DNA of 63,217 bases, filler included, from Octopus bimaculoides (taxonomy: Eukaryota), in NCBI RefSeq assembly GCF_001194135.2. It is 8 parts of 8 records of this genome, joined end to end, with 100 filler letters (N's around TTAATTAATTAA, not from the genome) between each part and the next. Parts side by side here need not be neighbours in the genome. Positions count along the whole stretch, not along the records: positions 41,200 to 54,964 come from NC_068986.1; positions 55,065 to 56,668 come from NW_026362044.1; positions 56,769 to 59,853 come from NC_068982.1; positions 59,954 to 61,910 come from NC_068988.1; positions 62,011 to 63,217 come from NW_026357112.1; 3 more parts are not named here. One strand, given 5' to 3'. Shown in pieces: positions 51,080-63,217 of the stretch. Position 1 is the first letter of the stretch, and every line of letters starts with the position of its first letter. The translations under genes were made by a program, and so were the position numbers. The notes below the pieces were generated by a model, which ran no database searches, had not been told where the DNA came from, and worked only from the letters and a program-made list of their open reading frames with translations.

Positions 51080-51418
51080 TGTGTGTGTAAAGGGAAATAC
51101 AACTAAATGTATGTATATATGTGCCTGTATATGTGAGAGAGTTTGTGCGCATGTATGCAGCAGTAATATTCAACATTCATATTTTATGTCAATATGAGAT
51201 GTGCGCACATATATCACTACATGTGCACACAATTGCACACACATACATGCACATACACATTCAACATGCGCACACCTACATTTCAAACATGTACATGTGC
51301 ATGTACACATGCATACTCACACACACATTCACGCAAACATATACACTGATCTGATGAGGAAGGCAAAGAACTTATCTCCCACGAATCACAATATATATTG
51401 AATGTTTGTGTGCGCGTG

Positions 51419-51467
<49 letters not shown>

Positions 51468-51470
51468 TTA

Positions 51471-51509
<39 letters not shown>

Positions 51510-51537
51510 CTTAGCGGCAAAGGTGACCAATAAAATA

Positions 51538-51615
51538 TAGATGTTTTCGATCTAGTTTGGATTCTTTGCCATCAAATTTGATTGCAAAGAATCCAAACTA
51601 CATCGAAAACATCTA
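51538..51615. mobile_element. 78-bp near-perfect palindromic micro-MITE inserted at a TA in a SINE-C copy
   Basis: 51536-51617 is an 82-bp palindrome with 2 mismatched pairs and no loop. Removing 78 bp plus one TA restores the SINE sequence ...aataaaa-TA-agtact... Confidence 0.85.
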
Positions 51616-51869
51616 TAAGTACTAAGCTTCAAAAATGAACTGGGGTTGATTTATTTGACTAAAATTTCTTCAAGGTGGTGCCCCAGCATGGCCGCAGTCT
51701 CACGACGGAAACAAGTAAAAGATAAAAGACGCACACACACGCACACGTACACACAGACAAACACGAATACGCGCACGCACACATTCATATATGTGTACAT
51801 ACATACATATACATGTACATATACATGTACATATACATGTACATATATGGTCGTCAACTTCAGTTAAAG

Positions 51870-52560
51870 CATATTCAGTTTCTCGTGACAGACATATTCC
51901 TGCGACAAGTTTGATGGTATTCTTTGATAGTATTCTTGCCATGAATTCTTACCTGACTACCTCATCTTTACTTTGAAATTTTTGTGATTAATCTCGCAGA
52001 ATTTTCTCAAGGATCTCATGAAAATTAGCACCACCGTTGTACATTTGTCTAATATAGATTTTATACCCGGTAATAGTTCTTAACTTTTTGGGCCATAAAG
52101 CACAGCACTGTTCCAATGGAACTATCGGAGTTGTATGCATATAAACACTCTATGCTGGTCACCTGATATGTGACCTTTAATTTATGACAAGCTCAACTTT
52201 TGAAAGTGTAATACCACCACAGACAGTTCATGTGAGATTACCCCAGGATCCTCTGCCATAAAGAATTTCAGCAGCCTTCAGTTTTTCGGACATTAGGTTT
52301 CATTATTTGATGTGCAGTTCGATTTTTCCCAAACTGCAGGCTGCTCTTCTTAGTTATAAATCACCATTCGCAACTGTTCAGTGCAAGATATCCCAAAATC
52401 AACAGTGTTCATGTGGATGGGATGCTGGGGACGCTTACCGAGAACTGGTATGCTATAAAATAATTGCTTACGAAGCCTGGTGTCCTCAAGATAGATTGTC
52501 TAACCAATCCATTGCGTACAATATTTTACGAGGCGAATTTCTATAATGAAACAGCCCTCC
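51870..52560 (-). mobile_element. Degenerate RTE LINE RT C-terminal fragment
   Basis: SAVLYGPKS*EL, FMRSLRKFCEI. Confidence 0.5.
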
Positions 52561-52678
52561 CATTCCAGCACATCTGCGTTAGATGTTAAATATTTCCGGT
52601 CGTTGCTTAATATATACCTTAGGTACTTCATACATGCATACATATATATACATATACACACACTCATATACTTATATG

Positions 52679-52709
<31 letters not shown>

Positions 52710-52758
52710 ACACATACATACATACATACATACATCCATACATCCATACATCCATCCA

Positions 52759-52790
<32 letters not shown>

Positions 52791-53559
52791 AGGTATATCG
52801 CATACATACACGCATACACATGTATATATCTATCTACTGACCTAACTAGAGATAACTATGAGTTTATCAGTCTGTCAATCGGCCCATCACTCTGTATGTA
52901 TGCTTATATATATGTCTGTATATCTCTGTGGCTATGTACACGTTTACATATTACTCTGCGTATTTACATGTCTATCTATACATCTATTTATATATGTATA
53001 TGGCCCTTTGACATATCTTTCAACATTTTTATGTCCAATTATCTGGCAGTTAATCTGCATATTTATTTATTATTCTATATGTAACTGTATTTTTGTAATG
53101 AATCCACTTCGAAAATTTGAAAATAAATTAAAACTTTGGTGATAAATTTAACATTGAAATTAACATAGAAATTAAAATTTAAGAATAAAAACATTAAAAG
53201 CATTTTAAATTAAATATAATGAAGATTATTAACAAATTGAATGGAGTTTGAGTTATAAAAGAATTGTACGATAAATATGATGGAGGAGTGATGCAAGCAA
53301 TGATTACAAAATAAATATGAAAACAAAAATTAAATATGAAAAATAAAAATGTGAAATAAAAATTTAAAAGATTAAAAAGTTTTAAAAATTTTTTTAGTAA
53401 ATGTAAAAGCTATTTTGTGGATATTGAAGTTGTTTTATAACAAGTCGTATGAGATGTTTTTTCAAAAATGTTTATGACAAGTGTATTTTTGATAAAGTTT
53501 TTACATTGATGGTCGATACAAATAATTCCAGGAATTTAGATAGTCTGTTGCTGGAATTG

Positions 53560-54385
53560 GCTCAGAAGGTAATAACCCTCAGGTAGACACTTTAAGACTA
53601 GTTCTGACTTTTTATGTAATAGTAAAAAGATCCTTTATTTAGGATATTGAATTTCTCTGCTAGGCAGAGTTGGTATCTATGAGCCGTTGGTATGAGTGGA
53701 GTTTTCAATAACTTGCCAGTCTATCTTAATATATTTTTGTCTCTAAGACTCCAGATATATTTAGACAATGATATGATGATTTTATTTTCTGGTTGCTGAA
53801 AGGAGAATAACTATTGAGAATATTGGCCTTTAAATTAATCGTTGTGAGACCGCTATAGTTTCAACCTATATCACCAGATAAAAAATACATTGGCTCGATA
53901 TATCAATGCTTTATCAAGGTACTTTTTGCTGAGGGGATAAGAATAAGTAAGATTAAAATTACGCAGAGATGAAGGGTTTGGCCTGTTTTGTATTTTTGAT
54001 TGCATGATTTCTTTTGTTGCTCTTTGATATTGAAGTGGTAATAAGATTTTTATAATATTTTTATATGATTTTCGTAGAAAACCTTCATGCTATTTCTATT
54101 TGATCTTGTGATATATTTGTGCATTAGAGAAGTTAGGAGGATTTTCATCGAAAGAGCTGGTGGAAATCCGATTGTTAATAACATTCATAAAGATTTTTAA
54201 AGATTATGGATGATAAAATAGTTTAGTTGTACGTATATGAGTTTTCCGTTGGCTTTTGTAAGGAAGATATTTGCTTGTATTTAAGTTTGAAGTGATATCA
54301 AGGAAATTAACAATTATAATATCGATATTGACTGAAATTTTCATACTAAATTCTACTAACTTTTTTCCTGACTCTAAATTCATAC
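53560..54385 (-). mobile_element. Penelope-like element: RT C-terminus plus GIY-YIG endonuclease remnants
   Basis: IVNFLDITSNLNTSKYLPY, LIYRANV, LSKYIW.L, ..DWQVIE, C.AEKFNIL. Confidence 0.7.
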
Positions 54386-54774
54386 TAAATTCTACTTTAA
54401 GTTTTTGCTTATATGCACACACACATATACATACATAAAAAAAGGATAATGCTCCTTCGCGAGTCCTGTAGATTCATAAGGCCGCTTCCCTGTTTTTTTG
54501 TGGCGTATATATTTTTCCCCTGGACGGGATACTGTCGCAGGATTACTCATATTTGCTAGCTGAGTGGACTAGGGCAACGTGAAATGAATTGGTTTGCTCA
54601 AGAACACAACGCATTGCTCGGTCCAAGAATCGGAACTACAATTTTACAGTCATGAGTCAAACACCCCTAACCACTAAGCCACGAGCCTTTTCCTCCTGGA
54701 AAATAACCATAGCGAGGGACATTCCACAGTTGAATTAGAACAGTCACAAACAGTGAAAGAAGACATGCACCCAA

Positions 54775-54935
54775 CATCAGAGCTGAAGACACCTCCGAAA
54801 GGAGGGGCCCCGCCACGTTAAAACGGTAGAGGAGTAGGGGCCGAAACCGGACGTGGTTCCTCCTGATGATGTCTTCAGCTAACTGGATCCTATAAAGGAG
54901 CTGTTGTGGTAGCAGACCACGAAACATGGTTGAAA
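54775..54935 (+). other. Structured cassette with two hammerhead-like motif sets (non-canonical)
   Basis: CTGAAGA 54783, stem GGCCCC/GGGGCC, GAAACC-GGACGT-GGTT, CTGATGA 54863, GAAAC-ATG-GTT 54921; 11-bp IR 54781-54791 / 54870-54880. Confidence 0.4.
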
Positions 54936-55064
54936 TTCCTCCTATAAATATGTATGTGTGTATANNNNNNNNNNNNNNNNNNNNNNNNNNNNNNNNNNNN
55001 NNNNNNNNTTAATTAATTAANNNNNNNNNNNNNNNNNNNNNNNNNNNNNNNNNNNNNNNNNNNN

Positions 55065-55374
55065 AAGGTAGGTGGTGAACGGTCCGACCCGTATGCAGCT
55101 CCGTCTCGTTCTGGCTCTATCCGCGCCAAGTTCTAGCTGTCTTCCCCACTCCCCTTTTTAACAGGAAGTACGAGATTACCTGCCTTGCTCGTTAACAGGA
55201 AGTGAACGAGGTTACCTGTCTCGTACTATGCTAACTTCCTGTATATATATTTGGTTATTCGTACCGACGTTATTTCACTTCTGCCAAACGGTCGTTGACA
55301 AATGTTTATCTCGCCACCTTCGGAAAATATAGGGTAAGTTCTCACTCTTCATTATCTTATCGGTATACATAACA
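55065..55374 (-). mobile_element. 3' LTR of a Gypsy element, preceded by a polypurine tract
   Basis: Minus strand: AAGGGGGGTGGGG (PPT, about 55387-55375) then TGTTATG from 55374. Internal ~35-bp direct repeats. Far end in the gap. Confidence 0.85.
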
Positions 55375-56668
55375 CCCCACCCCCCTTAAAGGAAGAAAGT
55401 TGAACTCGGTGAAAACTTTCTTATTTACAAATTTAGGAGATTGACTCGAGATAATGCACCCGCAATGACATTGTCTTTACCTCTAATATGCTGAATATTG
55501 AGATTAAATTCTTGCAAAGATAAACTCCATCTCATTAATCTCTGATTTTTGTTCTTCGTCTTGTGCAGAAAGGTCAGCGGATTGTGGTCGGTGAACACTT
55601 CATTGGGATACATGGTGGTTCCCAAATATATGACAATAACAAAGCAAGGGTTTCTTTCTCAATGGTTGAATAATTTCGCTGGTGTTGGTCAAATTTCGTT
55701 GAGTAATAACCAACAGGATGATCAACACCCTTTGCATCTGATTGTAACAGAACACCACCAACACCAGCGTCGCTTGCATCAATAGAAAGCTTAAATGGTT
55801 TCCCAAAATCTGGTGCTATCAAAACTGGAGAACCCATGAGTATGGCTTTTAATGGTACGCTTCTAGACCTGTCACCACAACTGAAATTTCGGGCTTTACA
55901 GTTTTTTTCATAAATGGCTTTTGTTTTGTCCTGTGATTTCTTCAAATGTTCTCTGGCAACCTCAGTAGCTTTGGAAGGTCGGTTTCGAAAAGTAGACACA
56001 TGGTCTAGCAAGTTCAAGCGGGATCAGACAAAACCTTGGACCCTGCTAAATCATTTCCAATAATCAAGTCTACACCTGAAACTGGGAGAGTTTTCTTAAC
56101 ACCAACTTTCACCAAACCAGACACAAAATCTCTGACTGCAAATCAACAAAATGAAGAGGTGCACTTGAAATTCCACTAATACCCTCTAATAAAACATCAG
56201 AGTTAGCAGACGACACGTCCAAGAAAGGAAGAGTACCTTCCAACACTAGAGACTGGAGTGCACCCGTGTCCCTAAAAATAGTGATGGGTCGTAATGTGGA
56301 CTTATCACCCTTAAGTGAGATAAACCCTTTTGAAATAAAAGGCAAGTACCCCTCCTCATTGTTAATAATATCGGAAATAGGCTGAGACTTGATATTCACA
56401 AAAGCGTGTGGAAAGGGTTGTGATTGATTTTTTAACTTGAGCTTTTTCCACTCAGAAATCAAATGGCCTGACTTTCTACTATATCTACAAATAATTGTTG
56501 AATGAAAATTTGAATCAGATTTAGAAACAAAAGGACTGGTTGACTTTCTTAACTCGGAACCATTGGACTTGTTAAGATTCGAACCTGACCGAGCTGAATA
56601 AATTATTTTACTTGTCCAACCTACCTCGAAATTATCCGGATGACAATAACCATACAGCTTGAACTCAT
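55375..56668 (-). mobile_element. Internally deleted Gypsy LTR retrotransposon, Gmr1-like order (gag-PR-IN tail-RNase H-PPT)
   Basis: Degenerate CCHC CRYSRKSGHLISEW; protease ITIFRDTGALQSL and IIGNDLAGSKV; integrase tail NLLDHVSTFRNR..KATEVAREHLKKSQ..FSCGD; RNase H IDASDAGVGGVLLQ, NYSTIEKE, FTDHNPL, HIRGKDNVIAGALSR. Confidence 0.9.
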
Positions 56669-56768
56669 NNNNNNNNNNNNNNNNNNNNNNNNNNNNNNNN
56701 NNNNNNNNNNNNTTAATTAATTAANNNNNNNNNNNNNNNNNNNNNNNNNNNNNNNNNNNNNNNNNNNN

Positions 56769-56816
<48 letters not shown>

Positions 56817-58834
56817 TGTACACATTTTGCTCAGCTTGTAAGTACTCATCTAAATTCTGTACGACTTTCTTCTTTCTTTCCTCTTTCCTTTTCTTGCTTC
56901 CCCTCTCTTACATTTCTTAGCATTCTTTCTCTGTAATCCCTCTACTTTCCTCTGTTATCGCCGTTGTAACTTTCCATCGCTCCCCCTCTCTCTCTCTATC
57001 TCTTTCTCCCCCCTCTCTCTCTCTAGTTGTTTCCATAATTTTTCAATCCCACTGCTCCTTACCTCTCCCTGTTCTTCCCACCTGACCGGTGCCCGGCCAC
57101 CCCTCAGCTTTATTTCTTGCTTTGAACGCCGCTGGCATAATACCTTATTTTCCTGTCTTCCGACCTTCATATATGCTTATTGCCGTAAGGCTTCCACTTT
57201 ACACGCCAGCTTAAATTAACTTGTCCTTTTAGTCCAACGACACCTGTTGTTATTCTTGTTGTTTGTATTTGTAATCGTGTAACATTATCTCCGTTTTTCT
57301 CGTCTATTTGTCCTTGTTGTCGCACATATTCGCCCGCTTTCTTCCAAAATTTAACGCCCTTAGCTTAGATTCTTGGGGCCTACAAATTTTGAACAGTTTC
57401 AAATGTAACAGACCGAAACTTTAATGATAATTGGAATTTTGACTGATGAAAAGAAAGCCACCAATGTTCCGTCCTGGTTTTCCTGTCCGTCTTGTCTTTA
57501 TAGCGTGCTTCTGTCTGTATGTTTTCATTATCATCCGTTACGTTCTTGTTCCGTTTTTAGTTTTATATATATATATATATATNNNNNNNNNNNNNNNNNN
57601 NNNNNNNNNNNNNNNNNNNNNNNNNNNNNNNNNNNNNNNNNNNNNNNNNNNNNNNNNNNNNNNNNNNNNNNNNNNNNNNNNNNNNNNNNNNNNNNNNNNN
57701 NNNNNNNNNNNNNNNNNNNNNNNNNNNNNNNNNNNNNNNNNNNNNNNNNNNNNNNNNNNNNNNNNNNNNNNNNNNNNNNNNNNNNNNNNNNNNNNNNNNN
57801 NNNNNNNNNNNNNNNNNNNNNNNNNNNNNNNNNNNNNNNNNNNNNNNNNNNNNNNNNNNNNNNNNNNNNNNNNNNNNNNNNNNNNNNNNNNNNNNNNNNN
57901 NNNNNNNNNNNNNNNNNNNNNNNNNNNNNNNNNNNNNNNNNNNNNNNNNNNNNNNNNNNNNNNNNNNNNNNNNNNNNNNNNNNNNNNNNNNNNNNNNNNN
58001 NNNNNNNNNNNNNNNNNNNNNNNNNNNNNNNNNNNNNNNNNNNNNNNNNNNNNNNNNNNNNNNNNNNNNNNNNNNNNNNNNNNNNNNNNNNNNNNNNNNN
58101 NNNNNNNNNNNNNNNNNNNNNNNNNNNNNNNNNNNNNNNNNNNNNNNNNNNNNNNNNNNNNNNNNNNNNNNNNNNNNNNNNNNNNNNNNNNNNNNNNNNN
58201 NNNNNNNNNNNNNNNNNNNNNNNNNNNNNNNNNNNNNNNNNNNNNNNNNNNNNNNNNNNNNNNNNNNNNNNNNNNNNNNNNNNNNNNNNNNNNNNNNNNN
58301 NNNNNNNNNNNNNNNNNNNNNNNNNNNNNNNNNNNNNNNNTATATATATATATATATATGAGACTGTGTGTTGAAACTAAAACTAAAGCGGACTGCAAGA
58401 CACGTATTTGCCATTCAGAAACACACGTTGTTAACTTCGCTTCAATATTTATCGTTATAAATATGTTGTCAAATTTTTCATAACTCTAAATTGTGACCTG
58501 CATATATATATATATACATATACATACACATTCGTATGTACGTAGAGATATTTCTGGCGTCAAATTGGAAGACGGCTAGTTTTTCGGTATACTAATACTA
58601 TTATGATACGAAGACAATTCCTCTGTGAAAACGTATCTTTACACTTTTATTGTTCATACATATATACACATAGAATAAAATGTTTCTCCACTGATGTTAA
58701 GAAGTTAAACTTGTTTTAATTACACGATATATGTACGTACTTATGTATGTATGTATGTATGTATGTATGTATATATATATTTTATTATTGGATTCAGCAT
58801 ACAATCGTTTCCGTTGTATCAACAAATATTTATG

Positions 58835-58886
<52 letters not shown>

Positions 58887-58896
58887 NNNNNNNNNN

Positions 58897-58955
<59 letters not shown>

Positions 58956-59819
58956 TATCATTCAAATTAATATATACGAAAATACTTGTTAACACACCGT
59001 TTTCAAGGCGATCAAAAATTAGTTAAATTCAAAGAGAATATGTCTGTATGTATGTATGTATGTATGTATGTATGAGCGCATACATACATGCATACATACA
59101 TACATACAGACATATATGTGTATATAAATATCATTAACAAATTAAAGATTAAAAAGTTAAGAAATTGGAAATTTAAATAAGGTTCCCTAAGGTGTATTCG
59201 GTATATGTACTGTGTGGTGATTTAGGTTGCATTTAAATTTGTGGTAAAATATGAAGGTATGATAAAAGCGGTGGTTGCATGTAGTGAGGACTTCATTATA
59301 CTTATTTAGTAGTAAAGGTTTGATAAAAGGAGTGGTTGCATGTTCCTAGGACCTCATTATACTTATTTAGTAGAAATGAAGAGTTATGTTTTAATATGTG
59401 GAATGACTCTTGTAGGTAACTTACAGGCTCAGAATTGACCCTGGTATGGAAGCTCTGATATGCACACCCGCATATATGCGTGTGTGCAAATACAACACCC
59501 CACACACACACACGCATACACGCATATATACACACATATGTGCACACACATAAAAACACAACATGCCCGTTCCCCAGTAAAATATCACACAGACTCTAAA
59601 GAAAAAACACGCACATATATACACAATACAATCCCAACAATTACAACAAACACTCACTTTTGATTCCCCATTGCTCTTTCTTGTCTCCCCCAGCAACCAA
59701 CCTCCCACACTATCTCTTAAAATAGCAAACATTCCTTAGCTACACACAAGACAGAACATGTCAGACAGGTCAGTTATTCCTCTCTAATTTGTTGTAAATT
59801 CTTAAATACATCTCCTTCC

Positions 59820-59853
<34 letters not shown>

Positions 59854-59953
59854 NNNNNNNNNNNNNNNNNNNNNNNNNNNNNNNNNNNNNNNNNNNNTTA
59901 ATTAATTAANNNNNNNNNNNNNNNNNNNNNNNNNNNNNNNNNNNNNNNNNNNN

Positions 59954-60390
59954 TATCCATTCCCATTCTGTGAAAAAATCTAACTAATCTATTTTTTATC
60001 CTTTGTACTTGCTGTTTTGAACTATTTCTGAGAAATAGCAGACAATCATCTCTATACAGACCCCCTCTGATATCTGGGAATTGATCAGCTAACTCATCAA
60101 GTATAAAGGAACAAACCACATCGGCAACCTGGGCCGAATCTGAGCTACCCATAGGTACATCAAACGCATCAGGTGTACCCTTTCTAATCCAAACTTTGTT
60201 ATTAAACCTCATAAAAGATTTCCTGGAAGCTAAAACTACATTAATCTCTTCTCTAGAAAGCCCAGCTTTATTGTGCATAAACCACAATGCTTTATTAAGA
60301 ACAGAAGGATTAATTGAGGGATAGAAATTAGCTATATCAAATTGTATAAATTATATATCCGGCCTATTGGCCTTAATTTCTCTATTTGTG
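59954..60390 (-). mobile_element. Penelope-like reverse transcriptase fragment
   Basis: FIQFDIANFYPSI, FDVPMGSSDSAQVAD, GGLYRDDCL. Confidence 0.9.
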
Positions 60391-60430
60391 TGTATTAGCA
60401 TATTCCAGAGTATGGTTGCTTTTATTATTA

Positions 60431-61350
60431 TGTGATGAAAACTCACAGCTTATTTTGATGGAAAGTGTCAGCTGTTCACAGCCAGAACACTAACGTGACA
60501 CGTGTTTACTGAACATGCTTCAAGAACTCTCCAAAGATAAGAACCCTGTCAAGAATTCTTGCAATTCCAAGCAATGCTGAATTTTGTAGTTGTTCTACCT
60601 TCACACATGCCCCAATCTTTTTCAGCCATGCTGGTAGTTGAGTGCTGACACTTCCAAGTGTACCAATTACTATTGGTATCACGCCTACTCTCCTTATTGA
60701 CCACAAACTTCGTATTTTCTACTTCAATTTGTTATAGTTGTTTATTTTTTCTTCTTTCACATTGATCCTGTTGTCACTGAAGCATGTTATGTCGAATATC
60801 ATCCATGTTCTTTCTTTTTTATTCACCACAACAATATCCGGTTTCCGATGTCTGATTAGGTGATCGCCCTGGATCATTGAATCCCACAGGATTTTGCAGT
60901 TCTAAATCTCGGTGACTACTTCTGGGATTTGCTCATACGTATTTACTTTTTATAGGCTGTGATTTCCAAAGAGCTTCAAATGGATCATTCTTCCAACATT
61001 GTAATGGCATCTTTTGTATTCGCATTGTACCCATTTCAGTCATTCTCTAACGACTTGCCATACCGTTTCACCGCTCTCACCGCACATTCTGGATTTGTTG
61101 CTGTCTGTAGTGGTGTCTATTCTGCAATGCACATAGTTGGTCCTTAATGCTTGTTCTTGAGCTGTGCATATGAGTGCATCTGTCTCTATCTTCAGGTGAT
61201 TCATCCTAATCCATAATCACTGGTCTTCAGTATCCGTCTTGGCGTTCACATCTCTTGCAAACTGACCGTACAGTTTGTTTTCCTTTCATTTTTTTATTCA
61301 CATCTTGTTAAAATTGTTCTTTCCTTACACAATTTCCAGTTTTGATGACG
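60431..61350 (-). mobile_element. R4/Dong-like non-LTR element 3' part (zinc knuckle plus REL endonuclease), copy 1
   Basis: KLYGQFAR, ICTAQEQALRTN, RMCGESGETVW, ILWD, HRKPDIVVV..IFDI, VIPIVIGTLG. 3' end abuts TAATAATAA. Confidence 0.8.
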
Positions 61351-61393
61351 CCAGCATTTTTGTATTTATTATTATTATCATTATTATCATTCA

Positions 61394-61434
<41 letters not shown>

Positions 61435-61446
61435 TATTATTATTAT

Positions 61447-61910
61447 GTTGTTTTTTTTCTTCTTTCTTCAAATTTTCTTTCCTTTCTCGCCGAGTGATTT
61501 CCGTACACCTAGGGCAGAGAAACTCGTTGTATTCATTCCCAGTTTACACACGCAAATTCACAGGTAAAACATGTATTTACACATCCTGTAGGGATGGTAA
61601 GCCTGGTATCATTTTCAGATAGGTTTCAGTACCTTTTTTTATCATTCCTAGAGACCCTACAATCACTGGTATGGTAGTCGCCTTGAGGTGCCACATTTTT
61701 TCAATTTCTATTAGCAAGTCTGTATATTTACTGATCTTGTCAAATTCTTTCGCCGCTATATTATGATCAGAGGGAATACTCATGTCAATTAATAAACACG
61801 TCTTCTTTGTCTGATCTTTTATAATAATATCCGATTTATTAGCTTTTAAAGTCTTGTCAGTATGTACGGGGAAGTCCCAGAGAATCGATACATTTTCTCC
61901 CTGAGTCACC
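61447..61910 (-). mobile_element. R4/Dong-like REL endonuclease fragment, copy 2
   Basis: ILWDFPVHTDKTLKANKSDIII..CLLIDMSIP..K..KY..L..EI..MW..IPVIVGSLG. 3' end abuts (TAA)n(TGA)n. Confidence 0.85.
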
Positions 61911-62446
61911 NNNNNNNNNNNNNNNNNNNNNNNNNNNNNNNNNNNNNNNNNNNNTTAATTAATTAANNNNNNNNNNNNNNNNNNNNNNNNNNNNNNNNNN
62001 NNNNNNNNNNCAAGGTGGTGCTCCAGCATGGCTGCAGTCTAATGACTGAAACAAGTAAATACATGAACATGATCTACCTGATGTCCATGGATGCTACAGA
62101 TTGTACATTTTGCCCAGCATGCTAATGATTCTGCCAGTTCACCACCTTCAAATAATAATAATAATAATAATAATTCTTTCTAATAAAGGCACAAGGCCTG
62201 GAATTTTGGGGGAGGGAACTAGTCAGTTAAATTGACCCCAGTGTTTCCGTGGTATTTAAGTCATTCACCCCGGAAGGGTGAAAGGCAAAGTTGACCTAGG
62301 CGGAATTTGAACTCAGAATATAGCAGTGGATGAAATACCACCCAGCATTTCGCCCAAGAACATGGACTATGATCTGAAGAAACATGATGTCATTTGTGGG
62401 AATGCATGTAGCAATGCATTAAAAAACTTATAAATTCCATTTAAAA

Positions 62447-62493
<47 letters not shown>

Positions 62494-62719
62494 TCTTCTT
62501 CTTTAGAAGTGGGGAACTGGATGAAATGCTTAGTGGTATTTCACCCATTGCTACATTCTGAGTTCGAATTCTGGTGAGGTGGACTTTGCCTTTCATTCTT
62601 TCGGGGTCAATTAAATAAGTACCACTTATGCATTGGAGTCAATGTAATCAACTAGACCCTTCCCCACAAAATTTTCAAGGCCTTGTGTATAGAGTAGAAA
62701 TAATAATAGTAATTATGTG

Positions 62720-63217
62720 CAATGTCTGTGCATATTCGACAGAGTGTAAGCATTTTAAGAGAAAAGTTAGGCATAAGAGGAATCAGATGTGGTGCGGAAG
62801 AGAGACGACTGCGCTGGTATGGTCTGGTGATGCATATGGCTGAGCACAGCTGTGTAAAGAAGTGCTGATCTTTAACTGTGGAGGGAACCTGTGGTAGAAG
62901 TAGACCCACGAAAACATGAGACAAGGTGGTGAAGCATGACCTTTGAACTTTGAATCTCACAGAGGCAATGATTAGGGACTGAGTCCTTTGGCAATGTGCT
63001 GTGCTTAAGAAGACCCGTCAAGCCAAGTGCACCCAAGCTGGTGGCACATGAAAAAAAAAATCAACCTTTGAACGTTGGGCCTGTCGGAGGTAAAGTGGCT
63101 GAGTACCTTTTGAGTGTTGGGCCTAATGGAAGCAAAGTGGCCAAGCTTCTCTTGAGTGTTGGGCCTTATGGAAGCAAAGTGGCCAAGCTCCTCTTTAGTG
63201 TTGGGCCTAATGGAAGC
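62720..63217 (+). mobile_element. RTE LINE 3' fragment with 42-bp tandem repeats
   Basis: LRWYGLVMHMAEHSCVKKC*SLTVEGTCGRSRP; repeat unit GTTGGGCCTAATGGAAGCAAAGTGGCCAAGCTTCTCTTGAGT. Confidence 0.8.

Overview
Eukaryotic, AT-rich, repeat-dense draft-assembly window. The repeat families, microsatellite load and 100-bp N/TTAATTAATTAA/N spacers suggest a coleoid cephalopod, probably Octopus (inference). One host gene is supported: a minus-strand PM20D1-like M20A peptidase (N-fatty-acyl-amino acid synthase/hydrolase). Ten GT-AG exons at 7191-23491 splice into one open frame of 416 codons plus stop, with all M20 metal ligands intact. The N-terminal ~85 aa exon(s) were not found. The rest is transposon debris: Helitron, RTE, CR1/L2, R4/Dong-like, Penelope, probable L1-like and CRE-like, a Gypsy LTR element, Tc1, mariner, maT, MITEs and several SINE families. 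Main findings: (1) a complete-core hammerhead ribozyme at 18115-18203, with a perfect 36-nt antisense copy of its cleavage half 280 bp upstream; (2) a 78-bp loop-less palindromic micro-MITE with a TA target duplication inside a SINE; (3) a Gypsy with Gmr1-like integrase-before-RNase H order; (4) an RTE LINE with a twin-priming-like inversion; (5) a young Merlin-like MITE carrying telomeric repeats; (6) an in-frame alternative splice donor in PM20D1. No CRISPR arrays, rRNA or genuine tRNA genes were seen. Repeat boundaries are approximate unless TIR/TSD bases are given.
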